A stretch of DNA of 64,000 nt from Anaeramoeba ignava BMAN (Eukaryota > Protista > Anaeramoebae), in contig JAPDFW010000089.1 of the NCBI GenBank assembly GCA_028826165.1, forward strand, positions 124,001 to 188,000, in the 5' to 3' direction. A program made the translations under genes and the position numbers. Within the stretch, counting starts at the first letter, position 1. Every line of letters starts with the position of its first letter. This document shows, piece after piece, positions 1 through 13,205 of this stretch. The notes under the pieces were generated by a model that was not told where the DNA came from, did not search any database, and saw nothing but the letters and a program-made list of their open reading frames with translations.

Positions 1-93
1 AGAGGAAATGAAACAGAAGTTGAAGATGAAGATGATGAAAATGAAAAAAAGAAAAAAAAGAAACATGGAAAGAAAATCAAAATTTATAAATGA
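1..93 (+). CDS. 3' end of an upstream gene (acidic/basic tail), partial
   Basis: Frame 1 is open from base 1 (RGNETEVEDEDDENEKKKKKKHGKKIKIYK) to TGA at 91-93. Confidence 0.45.
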   Translation, partial: RGNETEVEDEDDENEKKKKKKHGKKIKIYK

Positions 94-310
94 AAGAATC
101 CAAATATTTTTTTTTTCAAAAAAGTTTTTAAAATAAAAATAAAAAATGGATTCATTTTCCAATTAAAATTTAAATTAAACATTTTGTTTAAAAACATTCA
201 AAAATCTTTTCCATAGAAACAAATTGAAGTTTTAAATTGAGGATCAGAAAAAAAAGGAAAAATAAGAAATTGAAGATAAAATTTTAAATTAAATTTTTCT
301 ATTTGAGTTT

Positions 311-1045
311 CTAAATTTGAATTTTTAATAAACCATCATCTTGAATTTTTAATTGGAATAAATCTTGAATTTTTGATTGGAATAAATTTTGGAAAAAATT
401 AGTTGAAAAACCAAATGATTTCCTTAACAATTTTGTGTTTAAATCATAATCAACTTTGGATCCAATTTGGATATTTTTTGTCAAATTTGAAATCAAATGA
501 GAATTAATTTGATTTGAATTTTTAAGTGAAAATTTAAATAGAGTTTCTTTTCGAAATGAAACCATTTTGAATCCAAAATTTCCTGATTTGTTTATTTGAA
601 TATTTTTTTGATAATTTGCATTAAATTCAAAACAATCATTAAAAAAAGTTTTTGTTGAAAATTTGATATTTTGAATAAAATCTTGAACTTGAAATGGTTC
701 TAAATTAAATTCTGAATTATCGGAAAATTTTGATTTAATTTTTGATTGAAAAATTAAAAGTGTTTTTTTCGGGATCAATTTCCCTACTTCAAATAATAGT
801 TTTTGTTCAGAGTTAGAATTAAAAGTTGCTTTGGAAGAAAAGAAACTCGTTGGTTTTATTCTTGAAAGCCTAAAAGAAGCTTCTGTATTCAAAGAATTTT
901 GTTGATTTTTTTCAATTTTCATTTGGATTCTAGAATTTTTAATCATGGATTTTGGTTGTTTTGAATAACTTTTAATTTGGAAATTTGAAATGAATGGTTT
1001 TGATTTGAAAAGAGAAGAAAAATTTAATAATGGATTTTCATTCAT
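311..1045 (-). CDS. Divergent mitochondrial-porin-family (VDAC/Tom40-like) beta-barrel protein; C-terminus may continue to ~195 across indels
   Basis: ORF from ATG 1045 with alternating amphipathic beta-strand pattern. The segment QIGSKVDYDLNTKLLRKSFGFS...LKIQDDGLLKI resembles the last strands of Tom40/VDAC. Confidence 0.4.
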   Translation of the reverse strand: MNENPLLNFSSLFKSKPFISNFQIKSYSKQPKSMIKNSRIQMKIEKNQQNSLNTEASFRLSRIKPTSFFSSKATFNSNSEQKLLFEVGKLIPKKTLLIFQSKIKSKFSDNSEFNLEPFQVQDFIQNIKFSTKTFFNDCFEFNANYQKNIQINKSGNFGFKMVSFRKETLFKFSLKNSNQINSHLISNLTKNIQIGSKVDYDLNTKLLRKSFGFSTNFFQNLFQSKIQDLFQLKIQDDGLLKIQI

Positions 1046-1448
1046 TATATATTGAAAAAAAGGAAAAAAAATGATAAACAAAAAAAAAGAATTTTTTAAT
1101 TAAAATTAAAATTTTTTTTTTAAATTTAAAAATAAAAATAAAAAATAAAAATCTCAGAAATGAGTATCAGAATGTGTTTTTGAATCTTTAAACAAACATT
1201 CTTTCGAGCATTTCTTTTAAAAAAAAAATGAAAATAATTTTTTAAATTTTTATGATAAATTATTTTTTTTTTATTTAAATTAATTAAAAAAATAAATAAA
1301 AAAAATTTAAATTATTAAAAATCGTAAAAATTTGATTTATTTTGTTTTTTTTATTTTTATTTTTATTTTTATTTTAAAAAGAAATTATTCTCCATTTTTT
1401 TCTTTTACTATCTTTACTTTTTGTTATAATACTTTTTTTAATTTATAA

Positions 1449-3678
1449 ATGATTACCAAAAATTCTCAAAAAAAAAGACGCAAACAAAATATTGATGATT
1501 TCAATCAATTTCCAATTAAACAAAATCGAAAAAATAAAGATCTAAAAAAAAATATTCAACAAAATAAAAGATAAAAACGAAATTTTTTATCAACAAAAAA
1601 AAGACGAATTTGAAAATCAAAACAAGAACGAGAATCAAGAAGAATTGAAGGGAATAAATAATAGTCAAGATGAGGAAAAAAAAGTTTTTTTAATTGACAA
1701 TAAAAATGGGGAAATCTCAATAGAAAATGGAAAAGAAAAAACAACAGAGAAGTATGAAAAAGAAGATTTTGCGCAAAGAAAAAGTGTTGTATTGAATTTT
1801 GAATCGGATGTAGCCAGTTCAGGTAAGGAATAAATTTGACAGAAGTTTAAATTTAAAACTGACATTTTTTTATTTAATTTTTTTTATTTAATTTTTTTTA
1901 TTTAATTTTTTTTAATCAAGCAATTGATATACTTTTTGATGATCTGTTGTTATCAATTTTCTCCTTTTTAGATAAACGCTCGCTTTGTAAATGTGAACTT
2001 GTATGTAATAAATGGAGAATATGTGCAAACGAAAGATTCTTATGGTCGAAAGTTAATCTCAAGGAAATTAACCGAAAGGTAAATGATATAAACATAGCCT
2101 GCCTGGCAAAGAAACATCCTGAGATGAGGGCGGTAAAGCTGCATAACTGCTCGCTGGTTTCGGATAAAGGAATTATGGCAATTTCTAGTCTTTGCAAAAA
2201 TATCAAGTGTTTCGATCTTGGTCACGATAACTTAAGAATAGCAAGAAGAAGCATCACTGACAATTCGCTGAAATGCTTTTCAAAATATTCACCAGAACTT
2301 GAGGCGTTGCGGATGGGACTTTGCACAAGAATAACAACGCGGGGGCTTGATACACTTTTTCGAGGATGCACAAATTTGAAATTTTTGGATCTCAGTCGGT
2401 GCTCACTTGCTGGAATACCAGAGTCCATTTCGCGGTTGGTACATTTGGAGTCACTTATTCTTGATGCGAACGATCTGGCGTCACTTGAGGATTGGGTATC
2501 TCAATTAGGAAATTTGAAGAGCTTACAATTGAGAGATAATCAATTGAGTCAATTACCTAAATGTCTGAAAAACCTGTCAAATCTGACAGCTTTGGATCTT
2601 GCAAACAATATCTTCTCATCTTTTCCTGACGAGTTATGTGGACTGACTTCGCTGCGGAGACTTGTATTATCCAACAACGTTATCACACAAATTTCGCCTC
2701 TAATTTCGGGACTTGAATTTCTTGAGGAGTTGCGGTTGGATCACAACGAGATCTCTTCACTACCTGTTGAGATCTGTGGTTTATCTCGGTTGCGAGTGTT
2801 ACGAATAAATAATAATCATGTTGTTCGTTTGCCAGTTCAAATTCATCAGCTGTCAAATTTGACAGTTCTTGATTTTTCTGATAATTCTTTGTTTGAACTT
2901 CCTGATTCTCTTGCTCATCTTCCTAATTTACGTTATCTTAAGCTTTTTAATAATAGGCTTACTCATCTTCCTGATTTACTTTCAAATTTATCTAGTTTGC
3001 AATCTTTATTTTTGAGTGATAATTTGATTTCTCGTTTTCCTGATTCTTTTTGTGATATTCAGTCTTTACGTTGTCTTGTTGTTCATAATAATAAGATTTT
3101 AGAGCTTCCTGATAATTTTGGAAGGTAATATTTAATTTTAATTTAAATTTAATTTAAATATTTAATTTTAATTTTTGATTTAAATATTAATATTTAATTT
3201 AAATATTTGATTTAATTTTGATTTGATTTAATTTTAATTTAATAGATTGAAAAATTTAGAACGTCTAGAATTGATTGGAAACAGACTTCAAAGATTTCCT
3301 GATTCCTTTTTTAAACTTCAAAAATTACAAACTTTATGGCTTGGTTTTAATTTTATTTCTTTTATTCCTGAAAAATTTTCACAACTTATATCTTTAAAAG
3401 AATTAGGACTTAATAATAATAATATTTCAAAAATTCCAGAAAAATTAACTTCTTTACAAAATTTGAAAACATTACACATTTTTAATAACAAAATTCCTGA
3501 AAAAGAATTTCAACCATTTCACAAAATAAAAAATTTACAAACTTTTCTATTCCATAATAATTCAATAAACTCTTCACAAAGAGAACAAACAAATCAACCT
3601 CCTCTTGAAATGATTCAAAATAATTTATTGCAAATCATTCAACACACATTTGCAAAAATGCCAAAAAGATTTATTTAA
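1449..3678 (+). CDS. F-box/leucine-rich repeat protein (3 exons; introns ~1823-1920 and ~3125-3245)
   Basis: F-box LFDDLLLSIFSFLDKRSLCKCELVCNKW, cysteine-containing LRRs (CSLVSDKGI, CTRITTRGL), then many LxxLPxxIxxLxxLxxL repeats. Exon 1 has homopolymer frameshifts. Confidence 0.85.
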
Positions 3679-3806
3679 TTAATTAATTAATCAGAGATTT
3701 GATTTTAATTTTATTTTAAATTTTGATTTTATTTTAAATTTAATTTTTATTTTGATTTTAATTTTGATTTTAATTTTAATTTTTAATTTTAATTTTAAAT
3801 TTTCTA

Positions 3807-6800
3807 TCATTTAATATAAGATTGATTTTTATCAATATTCTTTGAAATCTTTTCAAGTTCCTTTTGAGCTGCTTGGAAAAGATCATCAGTAGTAATTGTC
3901 TGTGAATCCCTTGGGCGTAAAGCGACTTTTGAAGCAGCACGAATGATGGAATTATGAATATTACCACCAGAAAACTCAAAAGAGGAAGCAAGAAGTTTAA
4001 ACTGTATAGAATCTGAAAGAACTGGAGCAGAATCTGGAATAAGCTTTTTCCAGAGAATCTCACGAAGACCTTGATCAGGCATGGGAAAGTCGACAACAAA
4101 GCGCATACGACGGAAAAAAGCGGGATCAATAGCAGATACAAGATTTGAACATAAAATGACAATTCCGTTGAATTTTTCCATGTGATAAAGAAGTAGACCA
4201 ACATCTATATTTGCATATCTATCTGTGGAAGATTTCTGGGCAGAATGACGAGTGCCGAAAAGACCCTCGGCCTCGTCAAAAACAAGGACAGAATCATTAT
4301 TTTTTGCTTCAGTGAAAAGTAAGTCGATATTTTTTGATGTTTGACCAACATATTTAGATACGAGCTCAGCAGCGTTGATAACCTTAAGAGGCCTGCCTAT
4401 CTCGTAAGCAATAGCCTCAGTGGCGAGGGTTTTGCCTGTGCCAGGAGGTCCACAGAGAAGGACTGTGGAACCAGCTTGAAAACCAATAGAAGTGTCAAAA
4501 CCCCAAGAATCCAAAACAAGTCTTGATTTTTCAGCGTCTATGATTTCACGAACAAGTTGCAGGGTTTTGGGGGGTAGAACCAAAGTACTTAACCCCCGTT
4601 GGGGGACTATTCTGCGATGAAAGTCAGTCATGCGTAATTTGGCACGGAGCTGCAACTTGGCTCCCCGCTCAAGATCTTCTTGAGTGATCGTGACGTTTTC
4701 TAAACCGTCGCGCGAGACTGCGATGCTTAGTGCGGATAGCACGGCGTTTTTGATGAATCCTCCCGTCAACTCAAACTTTAATGCAAGTGCTTTCAGATCC
4801 ACCGAGCTGTCATAACGGATCGACTTTGGAAGATGTGCGTCCCAAATTTGCTGTCTTAAAAGTGGATCAGGTTTTTTGAACTCGAGCGCTAACGCTATTC
4901 TTCTATGCATTGCCTCGTCAAGATCGAATGCACGGTTGGTTGCGAGCACTATTATTCCGTCGAACTTCTCGATCTCAGTCAAAAGTAAGTTAACGTTATA
5001 CTGGCCTTTTTGACGTGATTCGAATATGCCTTCACATTCGTCAAAGAACAAGAGAGCGTTGTGTAAGTTTGCTTCTCTGAAGATATACTGGATGATTTCG
5101 CCTGCGGTATTTTTTCCTAGCGTAGGAAAGTTTATGAGCATAATCTTTCGGCCCAGTTCATTTCCTAGCGCGTTAGCCATCATTGTTTTTCCAGTTCCCG
5201 ATTCGCCATAAAAAAGAAGAACCAATCCACCTGAGTTTGCAATTGCATCGTCAAGACCAAGACGCTTGCGGCACTTTGCGAAATGGTCGTAGTTTGTGAC
5301 TGTTTTGAGAACAAGCCGTTTATCTTCTTCTCGCAAAACGACGTGATCCATTTTGACAGTGCTTGTGTATAAATGTGACCCCTCAATCAGCTCTTCCATC
5401 TCTGTATCCAATCCGAGCACAAAATCCACCATCCGTCTATCCACGAAAACCTCCATGCTGTTCAAGCTCGACTCGAGCATTGAGCCGCTAAATTGGATGA
5501 TCCGATCACGCACTAATGATCCACTTTTGTAAAAATACTTCCGGTTCATCACTTGTTCCTTAAGGTTTTTGCAGAACATCTTCAGCAGCATCTCGACCGT
5601 TACTTGTCTCCAATTCAGTACCGCTAGCATCTTCTGAGACGTCTTGATTCCAATCAAAAACAATACAACGTTCTTCTCAAATTCCGTTAGTTTCCGTGAT
5701 TCTGCAAGTCGCTCCATTCGCGGAATCCACTCCCCGTTCTTCTCAGTTAGTTTGAGTCGCTGTTCGCACTTCGTTCGTAGTGAGTGATCCTTCGCGCTGA
5801 ACTCCCTTACAAGCGCCTGCGAGTGGAATACTGAGTCGATGTAGAATGTCTGGCTCTCGTTCTCCTTTTCTTGGATTAAATTCAATTTGTTTGCATACAT
5901 TTCAAATCGATCTTCCAAGTATTCGAAGTCGTTGGCGTACGGTTTCAAGTCTGGGAAGCTTTGTTGTTCTTGTGCTTGTTTATCTTGTGCTGTTTGTTCT
6001 ATATTTTTTGTTTTGACCGTTTTTTTTTCGTGAATTTTTTCTTCTGAAATCCATTGAGAAATATCCATTTCATCCAATTCATTTTTTGTTTGATCAATTT
6101 TTTCCAATTTATTTTTCTTGATCAATTTTTTCCAATTCATTTTTTGCTAGTTCAATTTTTTCTTCTCCATTTTTTTTCTCATCCTCTTTTTCCTTCTTTC
6201 TCTCTTCAAAAACAGCTCCTAAATTTGTTCCTTGCAAACTCAACATTTGCTCTTCGCTTAAATCTTGATCAAACAAAGCTGCCACAAACTGAGGTTCCAT
6301 TCTCATGTATCCATAAGATTCAATTCCGTTTTTGAACATTCGATCCTTCATATGTCCTCTTGTTGGAGATACAAAGTTGATTAGTTCAAATGGAGTCATG
6401 TCCCCAAATAATCCCATTGTTGATAATCCTTCAAGTGAATAAAAGCGCATCGCGTTAGGAATGGAGAATCCTATGCTAGAAAGAACTAGGCAACTAAGCA
6501 ATAAAAATTCTTTGTCTGTCAGTTTTATTTTGTCTTTATATCTCGCAACTATTGGTTTATTCTATTAATTTTTTTTTATTTAAATTAAGTCTTTTTTTAA
6601 TTTTAATTTTTTTTAATTTTTTTTTACAGGCATTAATTCGACTTTTTTAAATATTATTTCTTTCATTTTTTCTTTTAATTTTCTAGTATGTTCTATCCAT
6701 TGGACATGAGCAGGAAAATCTAAAAATAAATTTTAATTTCAAAATAAATTTCAAAATAAATTTCAAAATAAATTTCAATTTTAATTTTAATTTTAATTTT

Positions 6801-7253
6801 AATTTTAATATTAATTTCAAAATAAATTTCAATTTTAATTTTAATTTTAATTTTAATTTCAAAATAAATTTAATTTCAAAATTAAATTTTAATTTCAAAA
6901 TAAATTTTAATTTCAATTTTAATTTCAAAATAAATTTTAATTTCAATTTTAATTTTAAAATAAATTTCAAAATTCTTACTTTTAGGTTGTGAATTTTTTT
7001 CAAATAAAGTAACTGGAAAATTTATTTCTTCAAAAGAAATAAAAGATAAAACCAAAAAACTTGTAACTGCCTAAATTATTAATAAAAATTAATTGAGAAT
7101 GAAAATTTAAAATTAAAAATAATATACGTCAAAAAATTCTTTTGAATCTGTAAATGGTTTTGTTTCATCTTTTGTTAAATTCTCTTTAACAAAATCTGAT
7201 AATTTATATTTTGTTAATTCTGATTGTTCTGATAATTCTTTAATTAATTCCAT
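3807..7253 (-). CDS. Tandem two-module AAA+ ATPase (small 5' exons from ATG 7253; apparent +1 frameshift near 6112)
   Basis: Two Walker A motifs (GESGTGKT, GPPGTGKT), two Walker B motifs (LFFDE, LVFDE) and SRH regions (ATNR...MHRRI; CSNL...FFRRM). The 5' exon MELIKELSEQSELTK...FFD is followed by a GT donor. Confidence 0.88.
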
Positions 7254-7537
7254 TTATAAATTTGAAAAAAAATGAAAAAAATGAAAAAAATAAAAAAAAT
7301 AAAATTGTTTTTTAAACTGACGACTTTTAAAAAAAAAAAAAAAAAACGGAATAAATTGTTTAATTCAAAAGAATGATTTTGTTTTTTTTTTATGATTATC
7401 TCCATAAAAAATTGAATCAGAGAAGATCAAAAGTGTCAAAAAAAAAAGAAGAAAAAGAAAAAGAAAAAATGATAGAAATTGTAACTGAAATCAAAAAAAA
7501 AGTAAATGGAGAAAGGAAACAAGAAAAGACTCTGTAA

Positions 7538-9700
7538 TTAACAGCATCCTTTCTTTTTTATTTCATTTGTGTTTTTTGTTAAGTCAACAACATCTTCTTC
7601 TTGTGGTGCTTGTGAAATGTTTTCATTTAATATTTGATTAACTAAAAATTTGGCAGCAGTTCCAATATTCAAATTTTCTTTCGCACTTGTTGGAAACCTA
7701 ATCGGAAAAAATTTTAATTTTAATTTTAAATTTAATTTCAAAATGAATTTTAAATTGAATTTTAATTTTAATTTCGATTTTAATTTTAATTCTAATATTA
7801 ATTTTAATTTTAATTTTAATTTTAATTTTAATTTTAATTTCAATTTTAATTTTAATTTTAATTTTAATTTGAATATTAATTTGAATTTTAATTTGAATTT
7901 TAATTTGAATTTCATAAATGAATTTTAATTTTAATATTAATTTTAATATTAATATTAATTTTAATTTTATAATGAATTTTAATTTTAATTTTAATTTCAA
8001 TTTGAATTTTAATTTTAATTTTAATTTTAATTTTAATTTTAATTTCAATTTTAATTTTAATTTTAATTTTAATATTAATTTTAAATTGAATTTTAATTTT
8101 AATTTGAATTTTAATTTTAATTTGAATTTTAATTTTAATTTTAATTTTAATTTTAATTTCAATTTAATTTAAATTTTTAATTTTAATTTTAATTTTAATA
8201 TTAATTTTAATTTTAATTTGAATTTTAATTTTAATTTTAATTTGAATTTCATAAATGAATTTTAATTTGAATTTTAAATTTAATATTAATTTTAATTTCA
8301 AAATGAATTTGAATATTAATTTTAATTTTAATTTTAATTTTAATTTTAATATTAATATTAATTTTAATTTTAATTTTAATTTGAATTTGAATTTTAATTT
8401 TAATTTTAATTTGAATTTCATAAATGAATTTTAATTTTAATTTTAATTTTAATTTTAATTTTAATTTTAATTTTAATTTTAATTTTAATTTCAAAATGAA
8501 TTTTAATTTTAATTTCAATTTTAATTTTAATTTTAAAATTAATTTTAATTTTAATTTTAATTTCAAAATGAATTTTAATTTTAATTTTAAATTGAATTTT
8601 AAATTGAATTTTAATTTCAGTCTCAATGTATAAATTGTGGATTTTAAAAACTGTACCATCCACAAAATCTATGCTCTTTGCAAAATTCATCCATTTGCTG
8701 AGTAGTTTGGCCCCAACCATCAGGTTTTAAATCAACCTAAAAAAAAAAGAAACAAAAAAGAATTTTTTTAAAAAAAAAAATTAGAAAAAGTTTTTTGTGA
8801 CATTTTTTAAAAAAAATACTTTATTCGCTAATAAAACAACCGGAATTGGTTTCTTATTTGGTAAAAACACTTTAGAATCAATATCTTGTTTCCATTTCTT
8901 AACTCCTTCAAATGTTTCAGGCCTTGTAACATCAAATACAACAAAGGCTCCAGCTGCTTCTTTATAATAAACTCTAGTCATATTTCCATATCTTTCTTGA
9001 CCTTTTTTATTGAAAAATTTGAGCATAATTCATCATTATAAATGATTGAGGAAAAAATTATAATTATAATTATAATATGAAAACCAAATAAAAAAGATTT
9101 TTTTCAATTAATTTTTTTTCCAATTATTTCAATTTAAATTAGTTTTTTCAATTTAAATTAAAGTTTTCAATTTATTTTTTGTTTTGAAATTTTGGGAATT
9201 TTTAAATAAAAAAAATTTTTTTTCTTTCAATTAATATTAGTAATAATTTTTTCAATTACAATCTAAACTAAAAGTAAAATTGAAAAAATTATTTTAAATC
9301 AACAAAACAAACCTGCAATATCCCATAATTGAAGTCTAACAATCGTTTTTTCATTAACATTCATAACTTTGAGGGCAAAATCAACACCAATCTAAATAGA
9401 AATAAATTTATTAATGAAAAAAAAAAAAGAAACAATAATTGAAGGATTTAATGCGTTAATTTAGAAATGAAAAAAAAAACGGAATGAAAAAAATCAATCA
9501 ATAATAAATAAAATTGTTTATTTTTAATTAAATTTTTTTTTTTGATTTTATTATTTAAATTATACTGTTGCTTTGTATTGTCTAGAAAATATTCCATGAA
9601 CATATCTTTTTATCATTGAAGTTTTTCCTGTTGCTAAATCTCCAACAACAAGAACTTTATAAAGATAATCATTTACATCATCTGAAAGTTCTTTTGTCAT
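7538..9700 (-). CDS. RAB32: Rab32/Rab38-family small GTPase (5 exons)
   Basis: Spliced exons give LYKVLVVGDLATGKTS, IGVDFALK, the diagnostic WDIAGQE, GNMTRVYYKEA, LLANK, TSAK and C-terminal GCC. Confidence 0.92.
7711..8618. repeat. Intronic (TTTTAA)n-type hexamer array in the Rab32 gene
   Basis: About 900 bp of AATTTT/AATTTG hexamers lie between the donor (~8656) and acceptor (~7698). Confidence 0.9.
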
Positions 9701-9839
9701 GATTTTTTTTTATTATTATAATTATTAAGAAAATAAAAAAAGAACAAAAGAAGAAAAAGAAAAGAAAAAAAATGAATTTTGAACTTTTCATTTTTTTTTC
9801 ATTTTTTTTTTTGAGTTATTGAAGAAATGAAAAATTTTT

Positions 9840-10645
9840 AATTTATAATTTAAAATATTATTAATTTCATTATTATTTCTTTTTGGATTCATTTCCCAAA
9901 TCCACTTTTTTATTTAAATTGAATAATTTTAATTTAAAATAATAATAATAATTTCCTTATTATTTGAATAATTTATAATTTAAAATATTGTTAATTTCAT
10001 TATTATTTCTTTTGGATTTATTTTCCAAATCCACTTTTTTATTTAAATTGGATAATTTTAATTTAAAATAATAATAATAAATTTCCTTATTTTTTGAATA
10101 ATTTATAATTTAAAATAACAATTATTTCCTTATTATTTCTTTTTGGATTTATTTTCCAAATCCACTTTTTTATTTAAATTGGATAATTTAAATTGAATAA
10201 TTTTAATATTGAATAATTTTTATTATTTGAAAAATTAATAATTTAATAATAATAATAATTCCTTATTATTTTTTTATGATTTATTTTTCCATTTTTATAA
10301 TTTAAATAATAATAATAATTTCCTTATTTTTGAATAATTTATAATTTAAAATATTATTAATTATTTCTTTTTGAATTTATTTTCCAAATCCACTTTTTTA
10401 TTTAAATTGAATAATTTTAATTTAAAATAATAATAATAAATTTCCTTATTTTTGAATAATTTATAATTTAAAATATTATTATTTCCTTATTATTTCTTTT
10501 GGATTTATTTTCCAAATCCATTTTTTTTATTTAAATTGAATAATTTTAATTTAAAATAATAATAATAATAATTTCCTTATTTTTGAATAATTTATAATTT
10601 AAAATATTATTAATTATTATTTCTTTTGGATTTATTTCCCAAATC
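9840..10645. repeat. Tandem ~120-bp repeat (about 6 copies) overlapping the RhoGEF stop codon
   Basis: TATTATTTCTTTTGGATTTATTTTCCAAATC recurs at ~9871, 10000, 10131, 10360, 10489 and 10615. Confidence 0.85.
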
Positions 10646-12999
10646 ATTTGAAATCCAATTTTTCCAAATTTCAATAAAACTATGAATATCATTAACAAAA
10701 AGATCACGTTCTTCTTTTGATATTGCTTTAAAAGTAAGTTTTTCTTTTCTTTTATCTTTTAATTTAAACTCGATTGTAAACAGATCATTGCTTTCCATAA
10801 AACGTTGAGCTTGAGTTCGAAAAGTGTGGAGAGAAAGTTGGTGAATTTGATTAAGAGCTCTTTTGATTATCAAATTACTATCCTTTTGAGTATTAGGATT
10901 TTTTTTCTTAATTTTTGATTTGGAATTCGTGGTAATTTTTTCAATTTCAAGGCTTGGATTCTTGTTTGTATTTATTTCTTGATTTATAATATTGTTTCTA
11001 TTTATAAATTCGTTTCTTTTTGCTGTTTTATCAATTATATCCATTTCATATTCAACATCAACTCTAACCAAATCAGAAAATGGTACAAAATAGCGTGCAT
11101 TTAAATTTTTTGGTATTTGTTCTCCATTTTTTTGAACACTTTCTCTTCCTGATTTTGTGCTGTTTGATGTGCAAAAAAGGATTGAATCATTAAACACATA
11201 AATTTGATAAAATTTTCTTTTTTCCTTTTGATTGACTAGTTCAAAATTTTGGACCAACATAAATCTTCTTGCTGGTTCAACTAATTGTAAATCAATTGCT
11301 TTTTTTGAGTGTTTTGTTAATATTTTATTGATTTTTTTAAGCATTCCCTGACTCTCAAATATCCTTTTAGTTTCGTTTACTTTTTCGGTTACTTTCTTCA
11401 TTTCTTTAAGAGCAATTTGTGTTTGTTCGAAATCTGGATGTTCAAGTGGAGTGTATTTAAGAAGTTGTTCAAGAAGAAGAACCTGAAGAAATTGATATTT
11501 TAAATATTTTAAATATTTATATTAATATTTATATTTATTACATATAAAGGTAATCTTTGAACTGGCATAATTAATATTGATTCAAACTCAAGATTTTGAC
11601 ATTTTTCATTTTCTGTATTTCGAGCTAAATATTCACTAAATTTTTTATTCTTTTTACGTAGAGTTCTTGTTGTTTTAGTAGAAACATCAAAATTATTCAC
11701 ATAACTTGAATAAATAGCAAAAAATTTAACCTAAAAATAAATATTCCAAAATAAATATTTCAAAATATTTCAAAATATTTAAAATATTTAAAATATTTAA
11801 AATATAAACCATTCCATTAATTATTTTCCCAAAACAAGAATTTGTATTCCAATTTTGAACAACTGATTTAATATTTTGTTTAAGTCTCTTATTATATGAA
11901 TAAATAATATCAATTCCATCAAAAATTTGTTTTCTTTGATCTGGAGTAATTATTCCTTTTTCTACCATTGGATTCATAAATTGCTAAATAAAACAAAATC
12001 AAGATAAAAAAGATTAAAAAGATTAAAAAGATTAAAAAGATTAAAAAGATTAAAAAGATTAAAAAGATTAAAAAGATTAAAAAGATTAAAAAGATTAAAA
12101 AGATTGAAAAAGATTAAAAAGATTGAAGGATCCAAACATAAACTAAAAATTTGAGAAATTTAACATAACTTTTCTCAGTTTCGAGAAATTCTTCTGCAAC
12201 AGATTTTCTTTTAATTTCTTTTTTATAATTGCTTTTTATCAAAGTATAACGAATGTGATGTTGAAAAATAGGGATGAATTCTTCAACTATTAAAAATTAA
12301 TTTAAAAATTAATTTGAAAATTAATTTAAAAATCAAAATAAAAGATTTACTTTGTGTTAAATCAACTTCAACTGGTATTTCTACTTCAATTTCCACTTCA
12401 TCTTCATTTTCATCTTCATTTTCATCTTCATTTTCATCTTCATTTTCAATTTTATTTTCAATTTGATTTTTATTTTCAATTTGATTTTCATTTTGATTTT
12501 CATTTTGATTTTTATTTTCAATTTTATTTTGATTTTGATTTTCATTTTGATTTTCATTTTCATTTTGATTTTCATTTTTATTTTCAATTTCATTTTGATT
12601 TTGATTTTTATTTTCATTTTCATTTTCATTTTCAATTTTATTTTGATTTTCAATTTGATTTTTATTTTCAATTTCAATTTGATTTTTATTTTCATTTTGG
12701 TTTTGATTTTGATTTTTATTTTCAATTTTATTTTGATTTTCATTTTGATTTTCATTTTGATTTTTATTTTGTATTTCGTTAGTAAACATAAGAAACTCAT
12801 TAAAGTCCAATATTTCTTTGAAATCTTTTTCATTTAAAATTGTTTTTTTGTTTCCATTTTGATTTTCCTTTTTTATTATTAATTTTTTTGAATAAAATTT
12901 CTCAATTTGTATTTTTCTTAATTTTTGTTTAGGTCGAGTTTCTTTTTCAATTTTTCTAAAACTTCTTTGTTGATTTAAAATAATTTCATCATTTCCCAT
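10610..12999 (-). CDS. DH-PH RhoGEF with N-terminal NQ/NE low-complexity region (multi-exon)
   Basis: DH motifs EEFLETEKSYV, ESILIMPVQRLPLY and LLEQLLKYTPLEHPD, followed by a PH domain (ARRFM...IYVFNDSILFC...KAISKEERDLF). Confidence 0.9.
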
Positions 13000-13205
13000 T
13001 TGAAGAAAAGAAAAAAGAAAAAAGAAAAAAATGGAAAAAAATAATTTAAAAAAAATAATTTGGAAAGAAAAAACTTTTTTAATTTTATTTTGGAAAGGAA
13101 AATCAAATTAAATCAAATCAAATTAAATTGAATTGAATTGAATTGAATTGAAAAAAGAAAATCGAAAATCAAAATCAATTTGAAAACGAAAAAGAAGTTA
13201 AATGT

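Noticed and set aside
6105-6120. Euplotes-like programmed +1 frameshifting at AAA-TAA (here and at ~45946)
   Set aside because: Other shifts (~22780, ~46393) must occur well before the stop to keep conserved motifs, and RCC1 copy B shows that copy A simply has an extra A. Homopolymer error explains the pattern better.
9840-10645. CRISPR-like repeat array
   Set aside because: The intervening sequences are themselves repeated rather than unique spacers, there are no cas genes, and the context is eukaryotic.
12354-12837. Antisense and alternate-frame ORFs over NQ/NE tracts (also 50255-50813 and 32566-33065)
   Set aside because: They are shadow frames of low-complexity coding repeats in real genes.
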